Below the pieces are notes generated by a model, which did no database searches, was not told where the DNA came from, and saw only the letters and a list, made by a program, of their open reading frames with translations. A stretch of DNA of 64,000 nucleotides from Rotaria socialis (lineage: Eukaryota), in contig CAJNYD010000056.1 of assembly GCA_905331295.1 (NCBI GenBank), positions 248,001-312,000 of the forward strand, given 5' to 3'. Position 1 is the stretch's first letter, and every line of letters begins with the position of its first letter. This document shows positions 12,345 through 25,066 of the stretch, in pieces. The translations under genes and the position numbers were made by a program.

Positions 12345-14589
12345 ATGGTGATACTTGAATCATTATTTGAAAATATGACCGATCAGTCTACATTGAAGCC
12401 ACATGTGCCGACGGTAAATAAAATGTCCGTTGATTATAAATGATCGAATTGTAATTAAATCTTGATTTATATTTGTTATTGGTGTTTTGAATATCACTGG
12501 TGCATATCTCATATAGTTTCTCTCTTTTTTCAGTACGGACCATGTACAATACGAGATTTAAAACCAGGTGAAGTTAAACTATGGTGTACATGTGGATTGA
12601 GTAAAAATCAACCATGGTGTGATGGTATGAATTAATTTTTGCCCACAAGAAATACGTTCTATGTTTAACTGTAGTGACTGATTGATCGATTCGATCTACT
12701 TGTTTTATGAACTATAGAATGTAAACAATAGTTTATGTGCGACATAGAACACCGAAGGGTCTTTTAGTTTGTTGGTGAAGAAAAATTTTCTACAATGCTG
12801 AACTAAAAGAATTCTTATTATAGAAGAAAATGAAAACCTTCAAAATTGTTCAGCTAGAAATGAGGAAACGTTTTATTTGTAGATTTAACATAGGAGATGC
12901 TACTAAAATTGTTTTTTCCTAATAAGCAAACTATTCGACTGGCATTTCATCATTTAAATGAATTCATCGTCTAGATAAAAAGAAATTGAAGGGTATTACA
13001 ATGAGAACAGCAGCAAAGAATTTAGGCATGGAATTCTTCAGATTAATAGATACTCCAATATTAACAGTGTCAGTTCTAGTTGGATATTTCGTATTAATCG
13101 ATTTTTTCAATCGTTCTTAAAAAAACAATAAACGTTTTTCGTGGACGATTTATATGTGAGCTGAACCATCTGGTTGAATCAGGCTATTCAGAATATGATA
13201 AGGCCTTCTGCTTCGAAAATTTCTTTTCAGTATTGCTGTTTTAATATGTCTGACAAGATTGAAAACTCAGTGAAATGATAATAATTCGAGAAGAAATTCC
13301 TTATTAGTCAACCCACCATAAGAGATTTAATCTGTACGGCGAGCCTTTTCATTGTGAAAAACGTGTGCTCAAGCGTAAAATATATTTTTTTGTCATGTCG
13401 TCCTATTTCGGTGTCCTTTTCAATCTCATCATAACAAGATTTAGACTCGAGGAATTAATCAGATCATCATCGATTACAAAGATTCAGACTGATCTCTAGT
13501 TATGAGACTCAACAAAACTTATTCATTTACAATAAATCCATTTGAAGACAAAATGTTCTGCATGGAAATAAAAGTAATCTGACATTTTTTTGTCTTATTT
13601 TACATCATAATCAAATACGATGCCAGACGAATGAATATTTCTTATTTAATAACACGCACAAATTAAAAGAACAAAATAAAATAAGAATTTATATCTATAT
13701 TTACAATAAGCCCTTGCTCTTTTAATAAAAGACTTATAATTTTTATTATTATATGCCAGTGAATAAATATCTTATCAAGTCTTCTATAAGAATTTTTAAT
13801 AACTAATTGTTAGAAAGCTTTGTTAGATGACAGTTGGATTTATTGAAAAGCTTTGCAAGATTAAAAGTTGACGTTGAAACAATTTAAGCTTTAATTTTCA
13901 TCTTTTTTTAAGCTCAGTTTGCATAAAATCATATTTCGGACGCATTGACTAGAAGAATAATTTCTTGGCTAACTTATAAGAAAAAGAAAGCGTTTTGTCT
14001 TATGCCTCAAGAATGATTTTTTTTCAGCGAATGTTTTATTATGAAGCAATTGTTAACAGCAATAGAGAATTTTTTATTTTATAGACAAAGAGCGAGACCG
14101 TGATGACAATCATTTCATGTAACTTCAACATTTAAAAATGTCATCATTCGATTTATAAGTAATGAAATCCATAAAGACAATGTATAACTAGTTTATCAGG
14201 AATTTGGATATTTAAAAGAGTAATAAACGGTCATAAAGTAATTCGATAGATCACTAGCCAATATGTAACATAGGCTTAAATGTATAATGTTTCCATTACT
14301 ACCATTATTGATTTACTGTTAAATATTTTTCACGATGTCTTGTTTTTAAGGTTCGCATAAAGGTACTTCTTTTCGTCCGCTTAAATGGACTGTCCCGGAA
14401 CACGCTCAAACGGTATATTTACTATGTGCATGTAAATATACAAAAACTTCGCCGATTTGCGATGCGACTCATGTTGGCCTAATAGGTACAATACAAAAAC
14501 AAATCGAAAATTGTTCATTAAAACAAGGACATTCAAATATTGGCGATAAAAAACTTTGTCAACAATGTGGATTTGTACCAGATTGGTAA
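12345..14589 (+). CDS. CDGSH iron-sulfur protein with two CDGSH domains (CISD3/MiNT-like); 3 exons, divergent from RPL36
   Basis: (MVILESLFEN)MTDQSTLKPHVPT|YGPCTIRDLKPGEVKLWCTCGLSKNQPWCDG|SHKGTSFRPLKW..YLLCACKYTKTSPICDATH..CQQCGFVPDW*. Exons at ~12345/12375-12413, 12534-12624 and 14351-14589. Confidence 0.9.
12790..13570 (+). mobile_element. Possible highly degraded Tc1/mariner-type transposase remnant in the CISD3-like intron
   Basis: Short interrupted peptide patches (MRTAAKNLGMEFFR at ~13001; an NDN/IP-like patch at ~13275) recall Tc1/mariner transposase segments. No ORF or TIRs recognised. Confidence 0.25.
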
Positions 14590-15302
14590 AAAAAAAGAAG
14601 AAGTATATTTTTCTTTGGTGCTATTAATTTTCAAAAAAATATCAATAAATTATAAGAATATAGTTACAATACCGGTGTAGGCATGAGTATTATTTTAATT
14701 ATTGTATTTTTTGATCATGACATGTGTGTGCGTGCATTTTGCTGCTCTCATTTTGACAACACACACATATGTCTATACGTCAAAGTACGATATGCGTTGA
14801 AAAATTTACGCATCAGCGAGAGAGAAAAAACTGCATAAAAGGTACATGCACATTTACAGTATAGTAAACATTAGAAAAACAAATTTAGAGAAATTGAACA
14901 AATATCAAAACGAAAAAAAAAGAACTAGACACTGTGCGAGTGCATGTGTGTAGTTCGTGCATTATTTTCGAAAAAGCAATGATTTGTTGCATGAAAACGT
15001 TTGAACATGGATGAGTTACATTTAAAAAGAAAAGAAAAGAATGTATCACAGTAATACTCTAAGTTTGCTTTGCTATTTAGCCTTTGTTCTGTTCTGATTT
15101 TGAGTATCACAAGGGTACGCATGAAATAAAGCAAAAGAAGAAGAAAAAAATATCACACTGTTGCTAGATAAAAAGAAAACAACAAGAAAAGAGATTCGGG
15201 AATAGAAAATCGAAAGAAAAAGTAAAATTAAAACGATAGAAGTGGACGGTTTTTTCAAATAGTAATCAGAAAAACATATATACTTGTGTAAATAGAAATA
15301 AT

Positions 15303-16517
15303 CTACTCATTAAAATCACTCATGTCATCGAGACTATCATTGTCATCATGATCCTCTTGATCAGATAAATTATTATTATTACCATTTGTTGATAATTGTG
15401 GCTCATTTTGAAATTTTTGTGAAGCAAGTTCTACACGACGTTTTTCAATAGCAATGCGTTTAGTTTCACATTCATTTGTTGCTATTTTAATATCAATATT
15501 TTTCTTTTCAATCAGTAAAACTTGTTTATCATTGAGAAGTTTTTGACTTGTTAGTTCAAGTGTACGTTTACGTTTGATCAATGATTCATAACGCAGTGAA
15601 TTTTGTTGTTGTGCATAAGATTTATTTGTATTATTCAAATTTTGTTGATTAACCGATGATTTTAATAATTTTCGTCGTTTGTCTAATGTACGTTTTGATA
15701 TTTGACCATTGCATGATATTGCTACTGTTGGAGTATATGTTTGTTGTGACGGAATATTTGATGTTGTTTGATAATTTGTTACTGGACTTGTTGAATTGTC
15801 ATCATTGCCAAGTAGACTAGCACTTTCGTCGCCTGGAGAATCTAATTGACCACTAACACCATTAGGAAGATCTGATGATGGAGAATCAACTTTATCTGAT
15901 GACTAAAAATAACATTAAAATATTTATTATTATTATTATTATCATCATCATCGTCGTCTTTTGTTCTTTAACGTGTTATTATAATCAAACGGAAAAACTA
16001 TTTTATGCACGAATTTACTAACCTGTTCATTAAATGATACATCATGATGATTGCTATTTATAGTTGATTGTTGTGGTAATACATGTTGTTGATGTTGTAA
16101 AACAGTATGAGGAAAATGAGAAGATACTGATGCTGGACGGCAAATAGTTAATATGCGATTATATAAATTCAATTGTTTATTTGACACTGATGTTGATGAA
16201 CCTGATGCTTGTGCTGTGCGATTAGCAGCGACTTCACGTTTAGCTTCACTTTGCAATTTTTTCCATTTTCGTCGTACATCATCAACAGTTCGTTCAACTT
16301 GTGGATAAGTCGCATTGAGATTATCGGTGATTTGTTTCCATATAGTTTGTTTTTGTGCGATAACACTTTTCGATGCTTCACGAGAATGTAATAATTCTTT
16401 ATATGTATCATACTGATCAATTATATTTAAAACTTCATGTTCAGTAAAATTTGGTTTACGGCGACGACCAACATGAAACGAATCAATCGAAGAATAATCA
16501 GCTGGTTGATCGTTCAT
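15303..16517 (-). CDS. Myb/SANT-like (trihelix, Myb_DNA-bind_5) protein with a C-terminal coiled coil (MSANTD/NAIF1-like); 2 coding exons
   Basis: RRRKPNFTEHEVLNII..KQTIWKQITDNLNA..RTVDDVRRKWKKLQSEAKR; intron ~16022-15904; C-terminal heptads KRKRTLELTSQKL..EKRRVELASQK. Confidence 0.85.
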
Positions 16518-16980
16518 AACTTTTTATGTATATATAATACGTATAGTTCTGGATGGGAATAATGAAAAAGAAAAAAATAATAATAATAATAGTAATTGAA
16601 AGAAAATAGTTCGATCTATAATAAAAGAGAGAAAAAAGAAAAGTTGTCTAAAATGACAAGCTACTAAAAATATGAATAAAAACATGAATTAAAGAACGAG
16701 TCTAAACTAAATACGACACAGTGTTGCAGCATTAGGTAGGTATAAGCGACGTGCGTTGTTGCCAAGCACCGATGTTCTCTCTCCTTCATGCTCTTTCTGT
16801 CTTCGCATTGTGCAAGTGACTGAAAGCGAGAGTATGAGTGAGAGTGAGAGCTATACTTTTGGAGTGTCCCACCGCCATCATGTAGTCATAGTTTTATTCA
16901 TATTATTATTTCTCTTCTTCCTTTCTTCTTCTTTTTCTTCTTTAACGTCTCTGTTTTATGCTTGCTTCTCTTTAATCCAG

Positions 16981-17035
16981 ATATATTTATATATATATAT
17001 AACTATATATATATAACTATATATATAACTATATA
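16981..17035. repeat. AT microsatellite with three (at)n-aact units
   Basis: atatatatat aactatatat atataactat atatataact atat, read directly. Confidence 0.7.
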
Positions 17036-19212
17036 GGTAAAAATGCATTTTCGTCTTCCTTCGTGTACACCGTCGTCGACATCGTCTTTTTTTCAAAAAA
17101 AAAAGAACTGAGAAAGTAAGAGAAAAATCTGCAATAAGTAATGTCTAGTACCACCATCACCCTCGCCTTCCGTACAACAATAACAAACGATCAAACCAAA
17201 ACAGAAGACGACAACCAGAAAAACGATGCAGATGTAGTAAAAGCGGTTATCTACGCGATTATAACAGGAAGTGATCACTCGCAGGCAGCAAACTAGAGTC
17301 TTGCTTAAGAAGATCATTGAAGTAAACCATGTAGAATAAGCATCAGCGGCTCTTCTTCCTTCTTTTTGCTCCCTCTCCTATTTTTTTCTTCATACTTCAC
17401 CTTGCTTGCGATAAACACAAGAGTCTAGAATTTCTCGGTGCTCTACTGCTGTCGAGAGGCAACGAACGAGCGTCTTTTTATTTATTTTAATCAGCCAGAC
17501 CTTCGTTCTATAGAAGCAGAATGGATGGGGAATGTGTTTTTTGACACATACATTACTGATTTCTTTTCTTTTACCTTTGCTTTGCTTGTACCCAAGCAAG
17601 GCAAAGGATTGTTTGCAGCAACACTCCGGTGTCTATGTCTTCTATTCTTTTTTTCTTAGGTGTACATTGCGATCACTTTACTCTTTTTTTCTCAATTCCA
17701 CTCACCATCAGTTCTGCATATGTGAGTGTGGTGTTTGTTGACAATGGGCAAAATATTGCAGCTATGCTTGTCTACGCTACGACATTGACTCCTTGGAAAG
17801 AATCGACTCTCATTTTTTTTATATACACATATATTCTTCGTCGTTTTTTTTCATTTTAACTTGCTTTTCGATTCGAGCAGCCGAGTGTAACACTGTGCTT
17901 GCTTATTCATGCGTTATGACTAGTCGCTCTATGATAAGTTGTATGACCTGCCAAAGAATGGACCATACGCATACATATATGCAGATAGACTTGCATCGTA
18001 CTAGCTTCTGTTTTTCTTTTTCTTTTCACTGAATCCTCATCAAAGTCATAATCATCCTTTCTTTCTCTCTCTCCCTTATCCTGGTGTCTCTTTTTTATGA
18101 TGGTGAAAGAATAGTGAAGGCGGTCGTTTTTATCGCTGGACTACCTTGGTTACAAGCAAATGGGCCGGTTTATCTAAATAAGAATTATGATATACTATCG
18201 TCATCGTCGACGACATGAGGAAAGAACGAACTACCCAAAGTATAATTACAGAATGAGCAAAAATGCTCTTCCTATTTTCTTTTTCAAGTCATATAGGACG
18301 ACGTCTATAACACACAGGAAAGAAATAAGCAGTTTTGATCGTTCGAGCGATACATTGACATCATGTTTGTTATTCACTTGACTCTAATTTATTTTATTTT
18401 CACACAAAAGATACATTCTAGCATACATCTATTCATCAAAAAAATATAAAACATATACAAATGCTTATGACGAATTGAACCATAAAGTCTAAAGAGGCAA
18501 AAATATTTAGTATTTATTTTCAAGTATCCATTTTTATGGAAGGAAAACTTTTTTCTTTTAGTGAAAACAATACCAACAAGATTCACTTTTCTCTTTAACC
18601 CTTTTTACTATAAGACTATTGTTTATAAATAATAAAAATATTTTTCTCATTTTACCTACTTATGTCAATAAATATTTACGAATTGTAATAAATATTTCTA
18701 AGAGGATGCTTTCAAAATTATACTATAACTTATGAGTCAACGTAGAGTGCAATAAAAGTCTACGATACAAATTGATATAAACCAACTAAAGCCTATTGAT
18801 TTATTATTTTAAGTCACCTATAAAAGAGAAATCCTAGTTTAGATTGTCGGTTTTAAAAAGACTGAAGTTTGAATACACAATATTTTGTTCTATTCATGTC
18901 GATTTAATCTTCTGGAAGAATAATTTGAACGTGCAGAATGATGAATTCTTATTTTTAGAAATAGAGACGCATAGTATGCAACAGAATGAATACAAAATTC
19001 ACAAGGGTAAATTTACTGTTTAGAGAGGAACTGCTTTTTTCGGCTCCAATGCTTTACAACAAAATTAATTCCCTATCATCTTATTATTTTAACAGCTTCA
19101 ATCATAATCCCAAGAACATGACTTTATGATGAGAAATCTCATTCACTTCGACTCTACCCACGGATTCAACTATTAGAATCAGTATTTATTATAAAAACAA
19201 TTACAAGGATTT

Positions 19213-22200
19213 TTAAGTACGATACTCCATAAGATGTTTTGTTATGCTTGTTGTTGATTTCAGATTGCTCAAGTAGTTACACATAAAAACATAATTCTCA
19301 TTATTTTCATTGGCATTTAAATAGTGTGCAATATCATACCATTGATGAAGTCTAATAGAAAAGTTAAAATGCTCTTTTAATCAATTTTATCTTTTTTTGA
19401 CTCTTACTGTCCTGCGTCAATCTGATGTAAACGATGATATTCAAGGTGCTTTTTTCGTTGTTGCTGTTTATAGTATGTATAGATATGAATCAATACCATA
19501 AATAATGTAGTGCATAAAAAAACAGCTATTAAAAAAATAAAACCACGATATGAACTATAGATATTATTATACATTGGCTCGATTTCGATTAACACAAATG
19601 TTTCAAGTTCGCCGAAACTAAATTCAAAAAAAAAGTTCATTGTCAAATAAAAGCACGTTATATTTTATTATATAGTACCTAAATTTATTATTATAAGCTA
19701 TTATGTGAAGAACAAAATTTAAATAGTCATGCGATGCTTGATTTATAGTATCATTTATATGTAAAGGATTAGACCCATTAAAAAGCAGACATGAATTATT
19801 CGATATTGCAAGAGTATTTAATAGTGTTCGATAGAATGTACGTCGTTCATGAGGAATCTAAACAACGCGGAACTTATAATATAACATCAAAGAGAGAATA
19901 GATAATGAAAACTATCCTACGGGTAGTTTTAAGATCAGAAGAATTAATTTAAAATTCATTCTGGAATATATTAATAAAGATCGTAGGCAAAAAAAAAGAA
20001 CAAATCATAAGTTCTAGGACTGACACAGACGAATAGTAAAATTCTTGTCTCATTCAAATGTGATCGGAGAAATTTTTTAGGGCTTTGAATCTATCTTTCA
20101 AATGACAAGAAATTCTAAATGCTCAATTTCAGTTTCGAGAATCGGAAAATACTTGTGTGCCTACAAGAATAGTAACAATAATCTTCCGAATATTACTATT
20201 GTCAAGTTTATTCGATTAAAAAGACATTTCAGGAGAGCAAGCTACCGGAATTGATCTAGATATTCATTCTTGTATCTTTTGTTTAATAGCAAAATTTACA
20301 GTGGGGATTTAGGCAAAAATCCCAATCATTTTTGAAAAATCAAAGCCTCGCAACCGATACAGATGTTTGTGGTTAATATTCTTACTGGGAAAAGTTGGTT
20401 TCTAGCCGTTATATTTAATGTCCATTTCAGCCATAGGCGATAAATCGATTGACTAGTTGATATACAAGAATCTGACCGATTGATTAAATAACGAGCATAG
20501 TTTTCGTGATGTTTACTTATCGGTATTGCATAAATAAGTAAAAAATCAAGTTGATTAGTTTTTATTGATTGACAAGATTGATTTAAACAACTAGAAGAGA
20601 AAATTTACATGAAGGACAAACATTTCTGTTTTTTTTCTTCTTCTTCGTCTACTATTGGTAGTTTAGTAGAATCGAATCGATTTGTTTACGTTTGATGTAG
20701 ACAGAAGGAACTTGACTAAAAGCATTTGCTGGTAAATTCTTTCGAATCCTAATAGAAAAATTTAATTTTTTGCGACATTGTTCATTGTATCAGAAGAAAA
20801 ATAAACTTAACCATTCAATGTCAACTATTGGATTAGATTCATTCCAATATTCAAAGTCAGCGTTTCTTTTCACAAAAGAAAAGCGAAGCATCATTGCAAA
20901 CAAATTTTCATTCGAGTTTTATTACTTTTCAATGCGTAATACACTTGCTGAAGCGCATGAAGCTTCGACTTGAAATGACTAGAAACCATATAGATTACTA
21001 TTAAATAAATCTAACGCGTTAATTCTTACAAAAGATGATGGTTCATTACATGAGTAACTGTATTGTATGAGCTCAAGGCGAATTGTAATCAAACTTGAAT
21101 CATAATGATCATTGCTAGACAGAAAATTGAAATCTATTGTTTAGTATTATTCATATTTACCAATGAGGAATACTTCGCGAACTAAATTATATGTGTAAAG
21201 AATATTTTATGATCAATGATAGAGAAATTTCAATTTCAAATCAAAATTCCTGATTTGAAAACGTCAAATATTTAAATGAAAAATAATTTTCGATTTCTTG
21301 AAAGTTTGAATTTCGAACTGCATCGTAATCTTATTCTCGATTGTAGCACATCTAGCTTACCACTACTGTATACGAGGACAATAAATTCTGGTGAGCATTG
21401 GCAATTGGACTAAATTTTATATTACTATTGCCTAAGTAATGCATGTCGTCATTGGGTAATTTCCACAAATATGACTGATCAATCGAGCTGGCATATTCCC
21501 CATAAATAGGTATCAACTTGAGTATTAAATGCCGTCAATACTTCTCCTTTGCACTGAATGTGTTATACGCTGGTAAAATATTTGTCAAATGAGCGGAGTA
21601 TAAAATTTCAGTTACGGGAGATGTATTGTTCTTTAAATATTGAATATTGAGAAGTAACATGTGTCAGACGGAAAATTACGAACGCCTGATATTTTCAACA
21701 TTTGATATATTAATAATAAGGTTTACCTTGAAATCGAAAGTAGAATATCCTCTGATCTATAAGGCATCTTTATGGCTAAAACTTTTCTAGTTCAATTCTT
21801 TGACAGATCAGTTATCAATAACAATAAATTTATTAAAACTGTATCGATTGAAGATAGACAACGGATAGACATTTACTTGTTCCATCGCGTTACACCTATT
21901 GACACAATATTAACGTGATTGACGAGTCGTACTTGAAAACTTTCCCTCATCGGGCAAAATCTCATTTCTCTAATAGCAATACAAGATTTAGTTTAGTTTA
22001 AACTATTCATGTGAATGCTGTGCCTGCACGATTTAAATAAAACGAGAGTTTTCACCAGTTCTAATTGTATGAAAAATTTATTTTTTCAAGCAGTAGTAAT
22101 CTCTGAATAATATGTAAAAGAATCTTCGGCAGAGACAAATTTTTCTATTACCTTATTTTATTGGTAGTTGAAACTAAAATATCCTATTTGACGTAGAGAA

Positions 22201-23987
22201 TCTATGTGTGAATTTATCTTGTTTAGAATCTTCATACTCACTCCTATAATTTGAATGATACCCCCGGTATTCATACGATTGATTGTATAATTAATTGAAT
22301 AATCTAAAAACATTGATTTAGTACTAATAATAATTATTGGAATCATTGTATAAGCCTCAAGAATGAATTTAAAATATTTTTGATGATTTTTTTCTAAGAC
22401 GTATATTCTATTGATGTCAAATAATGGTTTAAAAGAAATATATGAACATGAAGATTGAACAAACATTGAACATGCCAACGATTGTTTGTTAAAATTCAAT
22501 AGACATTCACTTGTATTCAAATTTCTTCCTGGTAAAAATTGATTTTCGATATTTTGAAACATCGAAGAACATCGTTTTTCTTGTTTAAGATTTATCATAG
22601 ATGGAGCTAACGATTCTTTGCCGTATAACACTTTTTCTTACGAAAACAAAAGAGTTGAAGGTTTAGAATTTTTAAAGAATTGATTTTACTATGTTTAGTC
22701 ATAATAAAAAACTCATTATTGGAAATAAAAATATAATCAATAGTTTGATTAAATAAACAATAGATTTGCTTAGTTATTAGTGTTATATTGTCATAATCAA
22801 TATTGAGATTTGTGTAATAGTTTTTCAATTGATTTTCATTCATATTTTCTAAGTAATCAAAGTGACAACCATCGACAATCACTTCAGACAGCATAAGACC
22901 TCCATTGGTTGTATAGTAAAGTCTGTTTTCATCCCAAATAAAATAACTATTATGATATGTACTTGGTGCTATATATAAAGTGTCACCAATGAAATTTAAA
23001 TAAGTTGATTTTTGAATAGTTGAATTAAAATTTAAGAATGATTGATGAACAATAACAGCCTAGAGGCAAGATGATAATCTTTTTTTGAATAGATTGAATC
23101 ATAACATTTTACTTTTCCAGTTTCATATTGAATAAAACACAACAGTGATGGTATAGAATGTGAAAGTCCAAGATGAAGAATCCTACACTGATTCGATTCA
23201 CAAACCTAAAAGGATTTTATTCAGAAAGAAAAACAATTTTATTTCTGGCTCATATTAAATTTTACAGATTGAAATTGAAAAATATTTCCAAAATTATACA
23301 CAATCGTGACGGATTTAAAATTGAAAAGTATTACATTGCCAAGTTGATTAGCTAGAAGAATGTAATCATTAAATGTATGACTTATAGAACGGTAGTTCGG
23401 AGTTTTGAGACATGTACAACATGGTGTTGTAAATACATAATCAATATTATCGAATAAAATTGGTAGATCTAAATAGCTTCGTGACTTGAAAAGTTCTTTA
23501 AAATTTCTCTTACTAATGTATCGCTTTAATCTATAGATAATGTCATTGTTTTTTACTGAACTTATTACATTTTGTGTACGAAATAAAACACCATTGATAA
23601 TTAGAATTAGATCATTATTTAAATGAGCTATGGAATTTACTATTGGAATCTAAAATAATCTTTCGTTTTTTTTCATTTTATTTTACGAACACGATATACT
23701 TTCTTGTCAAATAAGTTTTGAGCGATACATAATCGCTTCCATTTATGTTGTTCACGATCGTATTTATAAAATATTTTATTACGAATCAGAATGGATTTAT
23801 CTGTATCACATGGATTTGTTATAACTAATGTTTTTAATATTGAATATCGAAGTGGCGTATACGCTTGAGAAATGTTGCTCGTTGAATTAGTCGATGATAC
23901 GTTACTGCATAATTCATCTAGCGTGAGAAGATTATCAAAGTCCTTGATTATTAACAACAGGACGATATTGAATAATGACGATGTCAT
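19213..23987 (-). CDS. Large multi-exon type I membrane protein resembling CatSper auxiliary subunits delta/epsilon; some exons may be disrupted and the 5' end is uncertain
   Basis: Ordered exon peptides: ITNPCDTDKSILI; SYFIWDENRLYYTTNGG; KVLYGK; CSYISFKP..RIYVLEKN; ITIRLELIQYSYSCNEPSSF|SFQVEASCASASVLRIEK; YLNFVLHIIAYNNKFSFGELETFVLIEI; TM FIFLIAVFLCTTLFMVLIHIYTYY; basic tail. The order matches recalled CATSPERD/E motifs (not searched). Confidence 0.5.
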
Positions 23988-25066
23988 TCGTATTGATAAT
24001 TAATCAGATCGGCGCGAGACTTAAAGATCAATCATCGGCCGTGTTAGATTCGACATGGAAAAAATTTCATGCGAGCACTAGCCTGTGATTGAGTGTGTTG
24101 AATCTAGAAAAACAAAGCTTTAATTCTATTTTTATATCTTAAAGATAGTTATTAATAGATAATTACCCTAGGTTGTAATCAAGAACTGATATTCTAAAAA
24201 TAATCCAAATCCCTTGTTAGTTGCTGAAAGATAATATAGTGTAATGATATTTTCGAAGCACGATCTTGCTTCTGTCTCAAGCATATTCGCAAAAAGTAAT
24301 TATCACTAGTGACATCGCATAGACACAGACTATAATAAAAGCGCACGTCTTCACATTGCTTATTGATCATGAAGATTGTAAAATGTTTTTGTTCTAGAAA
24401 AGAAGAAAAAATCAGATGGAGATCATCCTATTAATTTAAAGAATACTTTATTTTAAAAAACTCCCTCAAGGACATTCATAAGTGAATAAACTCTATATAG
24501 AGTAATTGGCCTCCTACCACAAGCAATAATCGATTTGAGAGACTTCCTTGGTAGCCATGAATTTTAAATGACTAGACTAATTTGATTTTTCTATCACGAA
24601 TCTAGATATTATTCATTTTCCACATAGTGATTCTTTAATATACGAAATCAGAAGTGTTAAACTCAACTCAACAAACATATATATATATATATATATACAG
24701 TGCATTTTATCATTATTAACCAGATCAGTGTGCAGTTGACATCAGCGATTCCGATTTATTCCTGCCGTGTGTGTTGACAAAAGATCTGCTAATGTGATTC
24801 TCTATGTGACGAACAACGCCATCTCTATTCTTTGCGGAAGTTCTTTTTTCCCTCATGTTTATTTGAGGATTGGCAGCCAACAATGAACATGGCTACAGGA
24901 TGTGGGTTGGCTAACTCCGTGAGAAAATCATACGAGAGATGGTGATCTCGTTTTTGTTGCAATTTTTTTCTTCGCCACTAATGAAATTTACACCTATTTC
25001 CTTACTTATAGATATGATCTGCAGGTGCCTCGATTATTACACATTCTCATTTATTCTATCAAGCGA

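Noticed and set aside
16756..18586. Cluster of overlapping 60-90 aa ORFs
   Set aside because: Phe/Leu/Cys-rich translations of non-coding sequence with no splice-consistent model or motifs.
21160..21250. Apparent exon with two in-frame stops in the CatSper-like gene
   Set aside because: The frame can be kept open using two small exons (~22152-22183 DILVSTTNKIS and ~21161-21181 SRSIPHC), so this is not good evidence of pseudogenisation.
20298..21370. tacagtg...cactactgta as possible Tc1-like termini
   Set aside because: The match is too short and would enclose host exons.
22600..22700. Apparent frameshift between ORFs 22607-22894 and 22158-22631
   Set aside because: Resolved by a ~55-nt GT-AG intron giving ..TKH|KKVLYGKESL.
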